A DNA stretch of 57,549 nt, counting the filler, from Sphacelaria rigidula (lineage: Eukaryota): NCBI GenBank assembly GCA_964200075.2. It is 4 parts of 4 records of this genome, joined end to end, with 100 filler letters (N's around TTAATTAATTAA, not from the genome) between each part and the next. Parts side by side here need not be neighbours in the genome. Positions count along the whole stretch, not along the records: positions 14,414 to 28,726 come from CAXNAA020002321.1; positions 28,827 to 43,139 come from CAXNAA020002322.1; 2 more parts are not named here. One strand, written 5' to 3'. The translations under genes were made by a program, and so were the position numbers. Under the pieces are notes generated by a model. It saw nothing but the letters and a program-made list of their open reading frames with translations. It did no database searches and was not told where the DNA came from. This document shows positions 26,601 to 38,000 of the stretch, piece after piece (positions within the stretch are counted from its first letter, which is position 1; each line of letters starts with the position of its first letter).

Positions 26601-28046
26601 CTGGAAAAGCAATTGAGGGAGCAAACTGGCCGCGTAGAGGGAACCACCCCAGCGGCAGCGGCAGCAGCAGCAGCACCCCATGCCCTCCCGAGCCTCACTC
26701 CAGCAGCCACCTTTGGTCACCTCGACAGCGGCAAGGTTGTCACAAAAAACCCCACCACACCAGTGTCCGCCTCTCACACTGTGGCACCCGGAGGCGGTGG
26801 CAGTCGGGGGCGCGGCATGGGCCAGATGGTGGGTGCAAGCGCGACAGGCCACGGCCAGCAAAATGGTGTCGTTGCCGCTACCGCCAAGAACGTCGTAGCA
26901 GCGGCGGCAAACCACCACCCGACGCAGTACGCCAATCCGTCAATCTCCGTGGTAAAGGTCGGCTCCGTTCCTGCTGCCGCCGCTGCTGCCGCCGTCGCTG
27001 CCGCCCCCCCGACTCGCAGTTCCGGCACTGGGGTCGTGGGACCGCCCGTGTCGGCGACAGCGCAAGCGCCGGCGCCAGCCCCGGTGATGACCCCGTCAGT
27101 TGGAACTCAGCCGCCAACCTCGGCGGTCGCTTCCTGCCAGCACAACACCGAGGCCGAAACCACTGCAATGGACGCTGACAAGGATGAGGAAGAGATGACC
27201 GTCGTGGATGTGGGGGAGCCGCCCAAGGGCCCTACTCCGAATGAGGGCGTCTTCGGCACCACCCCCGTCGCGCCAGCGGCGGTGGCGGGGGTAGGGAGAA
27301 CGGTGTCGGCATTCGCGGCTTTGTCGGACTCGAAAGTGTCGACCGCTACCGCTGCCACCTCCTCTCCCTCTTCCTCCCCGCTCTCGGACGACGTTACGAT
27401 TGATGTGGGTCATGTCGATGTGCCGTCGGATTCCAATAAGATAGAGGTTGCCAACGCAGCTGCTCCTGCCGCGAGTAGCAGGGATAACAATGTGTCTGAC
27501 GTGGAGACTGACATCAACAACTACAGCATCGCCACTGCAGCCGCCGCCGCTACCGTCACTGCTCCCACTGCTACCACTACTAGCGGTAGTTCTGGTATTA
27601 CGTCTCCGCGGTTGGGGAAGGGCGACGGTAGCAGCATTAGCAGCAGCGGTGTGACGGGTAACAGTACGGTCACCCCGGCAGCATCGTGTTCGCAACCGAC
27701 TTCTCTCAGTATTTCAGCAACCAAGCCGTCGCCGAGCAGCGGTAGTTCTACGGACTCCGGACGGGGGAATCACTCGCAGGAAAAAGTTGAACCGGTCGTG
27801 AGTGCCGTGGGTAAGGCGGTAGCGCCAGCGGCAGGTATGGGGGGTAACGGTGCTTTGTCAAATAAGGAGGGCACTGACAATACAGGGAAGGAGTCGCGCG
27901 ATGGCAGAGTAGAGGTTGGGACGGAGCGAGCAAGCGGCAGCGACGGTGACGGGTGCGTGGCGCTACAACATGGAGACGGGGGTGACGAGGGTATGGACGT
28001 GAACGAAGAAGATAACGATGATGACGACGCAGGGGTGCTCCTGTGA
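14650..28046 (+). CDS. 5'-partial 9-exon gene: atypical bromodomain-containing protein with coiled coil and low-complexity C-terminus
   Basis: Phase-consistent GT-AG exons 14650-15647, 16468-16697, 17366-17430, 19306-19710, 20096-20171, 21299-21699, 23432-23551, 24780-24869 and 26591-28046 (TGA). Bromodomain-like segments are LLLEGFCSRLANHHLAVPFLRPF (helix Z and ZA start) and VHDVMGLLDKCRALGYSRSSELMADVRMLEGKC...VVRAMDTLAANMESML (helices A-C). Confidence 0.8.
18871..19161 (+). repeat. Dispersed ~290-bp repeat, copy 2 (intronic)
   Basis: Aligns end to end with 12494-12798, with a small internal deletion. Confidence 0.9.
22196..23380. mobile_element. Degenerate non-autonomous TIR element with subterminal tandem repeats; longer relative of the 49165-49360 MITE
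   Basis: Ends CAGGGGCAGGTTGGGTAAGGTATG and CATTCGACCTGTCCCC resemble the MITE TIR CAAGGG(T/C)AGGTCGAGTAGAGTAT. Contains ~115-bp subunits at 22287-22625 and many ACCCAAA/TTGGGTA motifs. Confidence 0.65.
23803..24071 (+). repeat. Dispersed ~290-bp repeat, copy 3 (5'-truncated, intronic)
   Basis: GGAAGTGGTGATACCAGAAAATGAAGCAACTC...GATCATGAGTAC followed by a C-rich run. Confidence 0.9.
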
Positions 28047-28726
28047 TACGTGTAAAGAAATAAAAATAGTGTATCTTGACTTCTTTTTTTTTTCTCTCGA
28101 TTGTGGATTGTTTTTCGATTCATTTTTTTTGCACAGTTGTGGTTGAGTGTGTGTGTGTTTGCTATGGGACGCTGCTTACACATGCGGTGGGTAAGCACAT
28201 GGGTTGGCTGTGGGACATGCGACACGGGGAAAATTTTGTGTTTGTGCCTGGACAAAAGAGGGCGGTCGAGATTCGGCAGAAGAAGGTGCGGGCTCATTAT
28301 TGTGCTTCCGTTTCTCCAGGTTTAACAATCTGGGCGTTTGGGTCTCGAGAGTGGCAGGCACGACTATTTCCGTGTTGGCGGAGTGTTTTTTTTTTTTTGT
28401 ACTTCTTCGTCCTTCTTGTGAGTGGTGACGGTTGTGTTTTACGCTTGTGTGGAAGGCGGAGGTCAGAGGCCGCGCTTAGCTGAGTGTTGCATTCTTTGTT
28501 GATGAGGAATTGTGCAGAGAGAGGTTTGTGCAGGTTTTTTGTTTGGTGGCGTGTCGGTCGAAGTGGTTTTGAAGCGAAGAACAAAATGAAGTAGAAGCTT
28601 TCGTTTTTTTTGTAACGTTTTACGGGCTTATATTTGCGAGGTTGAGGGGGGGGGGGTTCAGAAGCTGACGGGCCAGGGGCAGGGTCAGAAGCAGACGAGG
28701 GGTGGGGAAGGGGGGATACTAATAGG

Positions 28727-28826
28727 NNNNNNNNNNNNNNNNNNNNNNNNNNNNNNNNNNNNNNNNNNNNTTAATTAATTAANNNNNNNNNNNNNNNNNN
28801 NNNNNNNNNNNNNNNNNNNNNNNNNN
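28727..28826. other. Artificial contig linker
   Basis: 44 N + TTAATTAATTAA + 44 N. Confidence 0.98.
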
Positions 28827-28890
28827 CCGTCCGCCGGCGCGCGGGGTGGCGACTCCGGGGAGGGGTGCGCTGGGGGGGGGGGGGGGGGGG

Positions 28891-28936
28891 GACTCATGAT
28901 CATGCATGCCATAGTCATAAGACCGTTGACCTCGCG
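28891..28936 (-). repeat. Dispersed ~290-bp repeat, copy 4 (terminal fragment only)
   Basis: G-run then GACTCATGATCATGCATGCCATAGTCATAAGACCGTTGACCTCGC, the reverse complement of the repeat's 3' end. Confidence 0.8.
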
Positions 28937-29083
28937 GGTGCAGGAGCACCTGTTGACTACCTCGATAGGCCATGTTATAATGGGTGAATTTCCGGTTATT
29001 TAAGTACGCGCGAAACCGACGGAAGAGGGAAGACGAAGTACAAGACGATACAACAGCATACAGCACCAACACCATATCTTCAC

Positions 29084-32000
29084 CTCGAGTAGATCAACGT
29101 CGATCTCCGGTTTTCCGCATACCATGCACTCCACCTCGTCCCCGGTGAACAAACCCAGAACCTGAAACAAACGAAACAGGGGGCGAGACGAATGAATGAG
29201 GCTTTTTGAAAGACATTAATATCTCGAGCTGTTGAAGAAGGAGTGACACGTCTGTTTCAAGGTACGTACGGTGCATGCCGAACCCGGGCCAAGGAGCTGA
29301 TTACACTGAATCGCCACCTTTTCGGGAACTGTCCCATCCCATTTCCAAATCACACGCCTCCGTACTTCGGGGCCAGAAGAAGAAAAGAATGGCAGAAAAG
29401 TCAGGGGGGCCACGCTCGTGGCTGGAAACCAAATCACGCGCACAGAGCAGCTCGGCTGGAGTCGATTGGGCCATCTTTGAACGGTTGGGATGAATCCGTC
29501 TGGTCGAAGCTACTGTACTGCGAAATCCTCCAGTTTCCTGACTGCTAGTTCCGTCATGCACTGCGTCACATAGGTACGAAACACCGCACCGATCAACGAT
29601 GGGGTACTGTTCGTAGCTGCTCAGCGACTTCGTAGGTCTGAGAATCATGGACGTCGGGCATAGCGTTAGTGACGAAGAAAATGCTGGCAAGGCCTGAATA
29701 CACATTCATTTACTTCTGTCAGCGTGGAGATATCCACTCCCGAAAGGGTCAGACTGCATATCGAGTTTATCCCAAATTAGCAAAATATCCACTTTGTCGT
29801 ATTAGTGATTCCGTTACAAAAACAGTGATGCAACCACTCGGTTGCTTCGTGCAACTGCTGAGCTCTGCAACCACAACGCTACAAAGAAAGCCAGTCAGGC
29901 TATTGCAGTTGCGACCATTGTTCTCCTTAGTCTTAACGCACGACTTGGGACAGCGGTAGCCTTGACGACGAATAGACATACATTTCCTGCATCATTCCGT
30001 CATTTGTGCACCCACGATGATATCACTAGTGCAAGTGGTCGTGGAATCTTACCGCTAGCGGTACGACCATGGAGAGCCCTTTCCGGATGTGCTTGACCAT
30101 ACTGCAGCACTCAGCCAGACGGTGCCTCTCCACCAGATCCGCGTACCTGTAAGACATCAACGGCATAAATCAACCCAGGAATCGATCGCGTTAATCCCCG
30201 ATATTTTACCGTATCACGCGTGTACAGGCAAGTCATTCGAGTTCCGGAAACCGCATCTTGTTGGTCTGATCGTGCGCAAAGCTCCGGTCGCAGTGTATTT
30301 ATTGTGTGCGTATTTGCACCTGCAAACGGGATGCAGGCAGAACAACATGTACCTTGAACAACGCAAAGGGCAAGCCAGCAGAAGCGTGCCAAGGCGGGAA
30401 GATTCATGGCATATATCTTGAGATCAACGTTCAACACTAGAGGTGTGCTCACTCGAGGCGGTTATCCCACGTGACCGGCGTATTCCTCCCATCAGGCTTC
30501 AACTCCACCTCACGGTCGTCCAAGGAGAGGGTGGTGAAAGTCTCCATCACGATGTCCGAGAAAATCTCCCGCGTGACACCTGTTTCGAACAAAAATCGGA
30601 GATCACACACATGTAGTATTTGAGGCAACAGTGGTGTCGTCGAAACTTGGGACTCAGCAGGTTTCACATCTCGCAATGTAAAAAATTACACGAGGGGCGA
30701 CTCGATGACACAGTAATAAACAAGATATTACCCTGGAAAAGAAAAGTCATGATTTTTACCTTGTAGTCGACAACTGCAGCAACAGGGGTCTAAAATCTTC
30801 GCACCCTCGTGTAGGCTTGGCTAGAACAATCAGTCTGTGGAAAAAGCTTTGATCGCAGAGTACAATTTGGCTTGTACACGCACAACCACGTCAGGTCTTG
30901 TGAGGAACGACACTTCCAAAAAACATGTGCGTGATGAGCCGGTCCCGACTAACCCTTCTGATGAATAGTGCGAATATCTTGCATGCTCTTGGTCAGCAGA
31001 ACATCCACGCCCTCGAGGTCCTCGCGGCTAACCTCCTGCCCCACCAGAGCCTTCCAGACCACGCCAGACAGCTTGAGACCGAGGTACTCCGCCGACCTTC
31101 GAAGCACGCACGATGAACACAAAATTGGACGAAACCTCGTTCAGACACAAAGCAGATCAGCGCTAACTCAAACTTACGCACCCGTGGTTGCACTTTCTGT
31201 AAATCTGTGCTCACCACGATACGGATTTCAATGCAGTAATCGGCGTTCGAATTGAGGATCCAACAGTTTTACCGAAGACTATTCTTCACCTCTCTACCTC
31301 AAGGTTATAGATTGGGTACATTTCGCAAAAATAAGGTAACAACGCGTTCAGTGGGGTTGTTACCAACCACGTTTTGGCCCCAAACATACGATCTTTCGGC
31401 TGGGCCATACCATGTATGATGTTGAACAAACTGAGACAGTTCGATTGTTCACCAGAATGATCAGGATTGGTTTGATAGAGTGAAAATGTCAAATATCAGG
31501 CATCTGCGACGGTGTACCCGTAGGGCCCCCGACGACCGGTTAGCAATTGAGTTTTTCAAAATTGATCGTAGTGATGACTCTACTTTTTGAACTGGTTTTG
31601 AATACCGATACCCATCTTCTCCAAAAATGTGGGATGCAATGTTCAACGCGATAAGTAATAATGTTGACTCACAGATCGATTGACGCACACTTGCTACGAA
31701 TCGAGCCGTGTCACAAGATAGAGCTGTGCGCAGTACACTTGGTAAATCAACGGAAACGATCGTCCAAGGAAACTCAACAAAAGGGGATAATGTGAAAGAG
31801 AGGAAATAAAGAAAAGAAAAATTGAAATAAAAGGAATTAAAAGGTGAGCACAGGAAAGAAATGAGCAAGAAAAATGTCGGGCTGAAATCTATAGATGTAG
31901 ATATACTACCGGTCCCGAGAAGCATTCCGACAGGCCCCTGCTACGCCTTCAGGCAAGGAAGATGGTGCAAAAAGCAATGCCGTACAAGCAGGTTAAAATT

Positions 32001-35000
32001 CGGCAATCTGGGGATCGCACTTTTTTGCGCCCGAACTCTGACCCGCCAGCTGTGCAGGAGCGAGGCATACACACCAACACTAATACTCGCACGGCCTAGA
32101 GAAAATATAGAAACAAGAGGAATAAGAGAGATAAGCAACAAAGTACGGAGCAAAGGATGAACAAGACGCGCAACCAGGGAACATTCCCAGATGGGCAAGT
32201 GAAGGGAAGAAGTCAACGACCGATACAAACAGACAGGGGTACCAGTTTCCGCGATATCTCCCCTCGCCCCTTCATTCCTAGTCAGGTAGGTACAAAGCGG
32301 GCCACTCTCGCGACTATTTCTGTCTTGGATTCCCTGCGGGCTGCTGCTGCTCTTGTCGTTGTCCTTGCAGTGCTGGGTGTCCCAGTGGCGGCTCTCGACG
32401 CAACAACCTCTTGTTTGTGACATAGGATGGACTGGCGGAGATCTTCGCGTCGCCACGCCTACTCGAGCGCCTTCGCCTCCTTCTCGCCCCCCGGGTGCCA
32501 TTTGCCCAAGTTCTTCGCGGCAGTGACCCAATCTCGGAAGTCTTTGACCTCAACAATCAAGACGAACCGCTTCCTTCGTTCTTCCCAACGTGGGACACGT
32601 AGACTCTCTTAGAGCCCCCCACCCCCACCCCCCCCCCTAGTACTTCGAGGGTCGTCCAGCTTCCGTGGGCCCTTGTGCGGCCAACCATTAAAAATTGACG
32701 CGCTTCGGGAGACGTCCTTCATTCTGCCCGACAATACCCCCTACGAACCAAATTTGACGCTCGCGGATGATCCTCTCGAAATATTGGTGTTTCGTCATCT
32801 CGAGCACAGTTCTGTTTTCGAATAGCTTTGTGTCCACCAGACTGCCTCCCGGGGAGCCAATTACTCGGTGAAACAGCTATTTGGTGAACAGTGCGCAGAC
32901 TTTCAAAGTACATGTGGGCGCAGCGTCCACATCGCACACCCGTGTCGCATTGCTCTCACTACGTTTGCTTGAGCACCTGGATCTTGGGCCACAGCTGAAG
33001 GTTGGGTAGGTTGTGAAGTTGGAAATATACTCCCTCATGCCGAGCGTGATTTTGATGAAAATATCCGCGTCTTCGCTAGCAACACCACCACGGTAGGTAG
33101 ACTTGGCTGTCCGCTTGTACCGTTGGCCTACCGCCTGGATGTGCAGTGCCGTTTCTGGAGAGCTGGGTACTGATCACAAGATGCGTGGCCGCTGTCTCGT
33201 TTCCTGATACCGTTGGTTCAAATTCCCGACATACCACTACTATCACAGCCATCATTCTGGAAAATCCCACTGGGGACCTCGAGACCATGCCTGCATCATC
33301 CGCGTACAGTATTCCCCACACTGCGCGTCGCACCTCATCCAGAGGCGTTCCTTCGTTGGGGAAACCATCCTCATTCTTCAGCACACCATCTTCACATACC
33401 AAGGATGAGACGATGACCGGGTCAGCTGCGAATCGCTGTAAGATTAGGCTCACGACGCTGCGCCAAAATGTTGACCGGCTTCGCGGCAAACGTGGAACCA
33501 TTCTGATAGTTCGCCATCATCGAACTGTTCCTGAGCTCCCGTGCCAACGTCGAACATACGAACGATCTTGATCATCAGTAAAGGGACTCCGACACGGGCA
33601 AGCACTTTTAAAGAGCGTGTGGTCTACGGAGTCGTACGCCTACTGCAGGTCGATAGAGCACTTGTGAAGATATGTTGCTCGACCGACCCAACTCCTGCAG
33701 TCGGTGTACTACGAGCACCATATCGGCGGCCAAACGTTGGGGCCGGTATCCGCACAGTTCTTCAGGAAGAATCTTGGCCTCTTCGCAGGAACTACCGGGC
33801 CTGTTAGCTACGATTTTGACGACAAGTTCACCGGTATGCACCAAGGAGTTTCCCCCATAGTTACCACACTTGGTCCCGTCCCTATTCTTGTCTAGCCCGT
33901 CGGTAGTGGTATCAATCCACTCCTGTGGCACCTTGCTAGATGTCCGAAGAGCGATGACGACGCTGTGGAAGAGGTACGGGATCGCCGAAGACTCAACGAT
34001 CAATCCAAGCTTGAGGAGTTTATAAGATAGCGAGCGTTCGATCATAGCTCTCAGGACCTCTTCTGTTTTCCAGGCTTGGCGAATCTCCAAGCGACGTACT
34101 TTCTTTCGGTAGTGCTGTGTTGTTCCCGAAAACGGTTGTATCGAGCATTATCAATGCTGTATGCTCAGCAAAAGTAGAGAAGTGCCGTTTCCATCTTTCA
34201 CGAAGGGGATCCCTGCGCCTTCCTCGACCTTGATATACCGCTCGCTCTCTAGTCCTCGTCCCTCTCAATTCCATCGTTCTTTTACGTGCTCGTAGCAGCA
34301 TCTCATATCCCTGATTCGGTTGTACCCTTCCCCATACACCCCCGTGTACCTGTTCAACTCAGCTTGGAATAGCTCTTCGAGCCTCCTGTACGCGTTTCGC
34401 AATATGCGCCATACAGGGCTATCCCTCAGCCTTACTCGCATCGCTGATCTCACTCTCTCTCGCTCATTCCAGGCCCCTTCGTACTCGGCTCTGGTGTCAG
34501 TATCCTCGAACTATACCCAGTGATGGAAAACCTGGAAACATCGCTTTCCACGAATGACATTCACTTCAAAACTGACAACTATAACGAGGATAGTACAATA
34601 CGCTGTTGCCCGCGTATTAAATATAAGCTACATATGATCGAAATACACTATATGAAACATCTTGCCACACGCACCGTATCGCATGCCCCATGAGCTTTCC
34701 GAGGAACACGAACATATCGACTTGAGCAGGCGATGTCGCTCCGGGGTTTGGCACGTAAGTGTCTCGCCCCATCCCTGCCGCATGTTTCCCGTTCGGCACT
34801 CGAATCAGCAGAGGCAGTGCTGTCGACTGACGGAAACAAGGAGGTATCCGGAGGAGAACAAGTCACATGAGGGTATAGCTGAGCTTCAGCGTCGGTGCGC
34901 GCGACTGCTATCACGTCACCAGTCACTGCACCATATCATGATGTCATGACACAGGGTGTGACATGTGCAGACATCTCTAGTCGATTGCTCGTGTAGTCGG

Positions 35001-38000
35001 GGGCTTTATCTGAAGACCGTCGGATCGGTTGGTGGTATCACCTGCAACTCCTGAGCGTACATAGTCCACGACTCCCGGTACGGTCCTCCTGCATCCTGCG
35101 CACGCTCTCCCATGAAGAGACAGTTGTACAGCTTCTTTGGGGTACGGAGGACCCTAGGGTGCATTGGGTGTATCTGGATATCGACGCCACATAACAAAAA
35201 CATAACAAGTGCACGTGTAAACCAATATTTTTTAGGGGCGTCACAGACGCGAGTAGTAGCGTTGACGTCCTACACCGCTAAGATACCGCAACGGAACGGC
35301 GCGCACGCAAGGCATCGCGGCACTTTGAGATTTTGCGACAAGATGCGCAGAGATTTATCGATAAACGTGTAGACTAGACACATGATGCTCTCAGCGAAGC
35401 TGCATGGTCACGAGCAGTATTAGTGGAACTTAGAGGCGATATAGACTATATGCGAGAAAAGTCAAGACGAACGATGATATCATGACCAGTCATTCGAAGG
35501 ATTGGTGGACGGTAAGCGTTGGTCCAAGAATCAAATCGTGGACGAGTCGCACGTGTAAGTGAGAAGAGTCACTCACCTGTCTGAATGCTTGTCCGAATAC
35601 CGACCATCTTCCTTCTGTGTCCGTGCGTCCCGCTTGGATATTTCTTGCCGCCTGCGGTGCCATTCAGACAGCAGAAGGGAATTGCATCGCATCGGCACAG
35701 AGTCAAGACTAAACTTTCAAGACGACACTGTCAGTGGTTTTTCGACGGCAACTCCATGGAGCCCATGGCACGACTTGCGTCAACGACTTCATTATTCTAT
35801 GCTGGCAATCAGTTAGGTTTGAGATTGCAGAGTTCACTGACATTTTTTACCGCGCAGGCTGTAGCACCTTACAAGGGTAGGCATGCACTATGAGGGACTT
35901 AACGGCAACTCTGCATGAACCATCACCTTAGAGCGGCTGAGCTTAAGGTCGAACCGACCACCGTCGCTGTGCGCAGTATCACTTAGGGCGGATTCTAGCA
36001 CCGGATCCTTCACCACTCGAAAGATCAGCCCTCGGCAGGACGATAAGACGGCCGCCACTGACCACGGTCGATCCATCTGCCACCAAACGCACAGGGATCA
36101 ACGTGCAACAAGACCGAGGTTTACTTCAGAAGAGGAAATGACATTTAACTCGGAACAACAAGGTGGTGGCTCCTGTCGGTTCTTGGTTGGCTTCGAACCA
36201 TGCATCGTGGCCAAAAATGGAGGTAATTGGTCGAGCTGAGACACTATCGGCACGGCGACTGCACGGAATTTTGGAACGCGTTTGGTTGAATAAGCTTCGA
36301 ATTTTCTTCCCTTGGCTTCCCTTCAGATCAGTGTGCACAACTGACTTCAACCGTAGGTCGTGTTGTGAGCGACCCTAGAAAACTTTGACGCGAGTGTATG
36401 GACGTCGGGTATAACCTTTCATTGCATGTGGGAGCTTTTGTTGACTATAATATTGCGGTGACCGTTGAAAGGATGTACGTCAGGCCGATTACTGCCAATA
36501 GAGCGGTCACGCCGCACCCGAGAATGAGCTACGGTGCAGGCAAACACTGTTTTCAGGAAAAACGTGGGTGCGAGCGAAGCCCGGGATGCTTTTGCGACTT
36601 GACGTGCATACCCCGTCAGTACGGATCGCTGGTGTGGCGGGTGGTGAAGATCGGCATAATCTTCGCGCTCGTGAAGTCTCGGGGCTCGGAAAGACTCAAG
36701 CACTCGAAGTCAGCGATGCGGGGAGGGCTTAGGTGGAGAAAGCCACGAGCAGTGGGCAGTCCCGTGAGGGCTGGGAGGGACGACGTTGTCCAGCTGAGGA
36801 GCGAGGCACACCAGAGCGGAGCTGAGGACCTCCCACTCTTTAGATTTGCCGTAACTGTGTTGCTCGAAAAAGAAACGGCATCCGCACAGGTTTTTGGATG
36901 GGCTTGGCGACGAGTGGGGACAAGGTCGTGGAGATTCGCGTTTCTGAGGCGGGCGTTGGGGACCACTCGAGGAGACCTTAGAGGAGCTGGGACTAGTTTT
37001 TTTGTATGCTGGAGGCATCTCATGCGAATTCGCAATTACTGACGATTTGTCGTCGACAAGATATTCAGAAGGGTCAGGAGATTTCTAATCTGGCAGTAAA
37101 ATGGCATACGCCAAAGGCGAAGGGGGGAGTGTACTCATGGTCACGCATGCCGTAGTCATAAAATCATTCATCCCGCATCCCTACAAAGCTGGGGCGGAGC
37201 ACGCCGGGTTTTCGCCGGACCAGGCTCGCACTCAATTACCAAGCGCGAAGCGCCGAGGTGTGTTCGGCGNNNNNNNNNNATGAAGGGTGAGCTGCATCCT
37301 GCCAAGACTGTTCGGTCCCAAGCCTAGTGATTCTCTTGCATTTGGATGGCAGCCTACAATGAGTTGCTTCATTTTCCGGTATCGTCACTTCCAGAGACAG
37401 CCACGGCTTATACCTGCCTCGTGGGTGTCTCACCATGTACACACTACTTAGTGCGATAGGGGGGGGAGTGCTGTACGGGTCTATTCTCAGTGCCGCACGC
37501 ACTAATAATAGGGACGACAAGTGTCCGAAGGGGTCCGTTTTTCATGTGTAGGGAACAGGTCGACCCTTTTGAGAGATGCGAGAATTCTGAAGTGCTGTTG
37601 TTGTGACCATGTGCATTGTGTTCGCTACAGTGATTTTTGCGCCCTTGACCCTGATGCTTGTGCACCGGCTGGCGGAATGCGCGATCGCTTTCTTTAGTGT
37701 TGTGTGACTGATACCCTAGCTCTAGTATTTTGTATTTATTTTGATTGTGCCGGATGCTGACGGTTGCCGTCAGGCAGAATACTTTCAACGGTAGACTGTC
37801 TCTTTTACTTTTCGTCTAAGGGCGAGTGAGGTTGCCGATGCAGGCGGCCGTGTGAACTCCATCATGTTATGGCTTGACGGTAAGCGACGGTTGACATTCA
37901 GTTCAGCGACTGCACAACGATACGGCTGTGTTTCGTCTGACCGACAGCGAAAACGGGATATACAATTCTTCTCCGTCATCTTGTGTTTTGCGCGTATTAG

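Noticed and set aside
36398..37042. 214-aa ORF in a HECT intron as a nested gene
   Set aside because: No recognisable domain or splice structure; probably a decayed repeat fragment.
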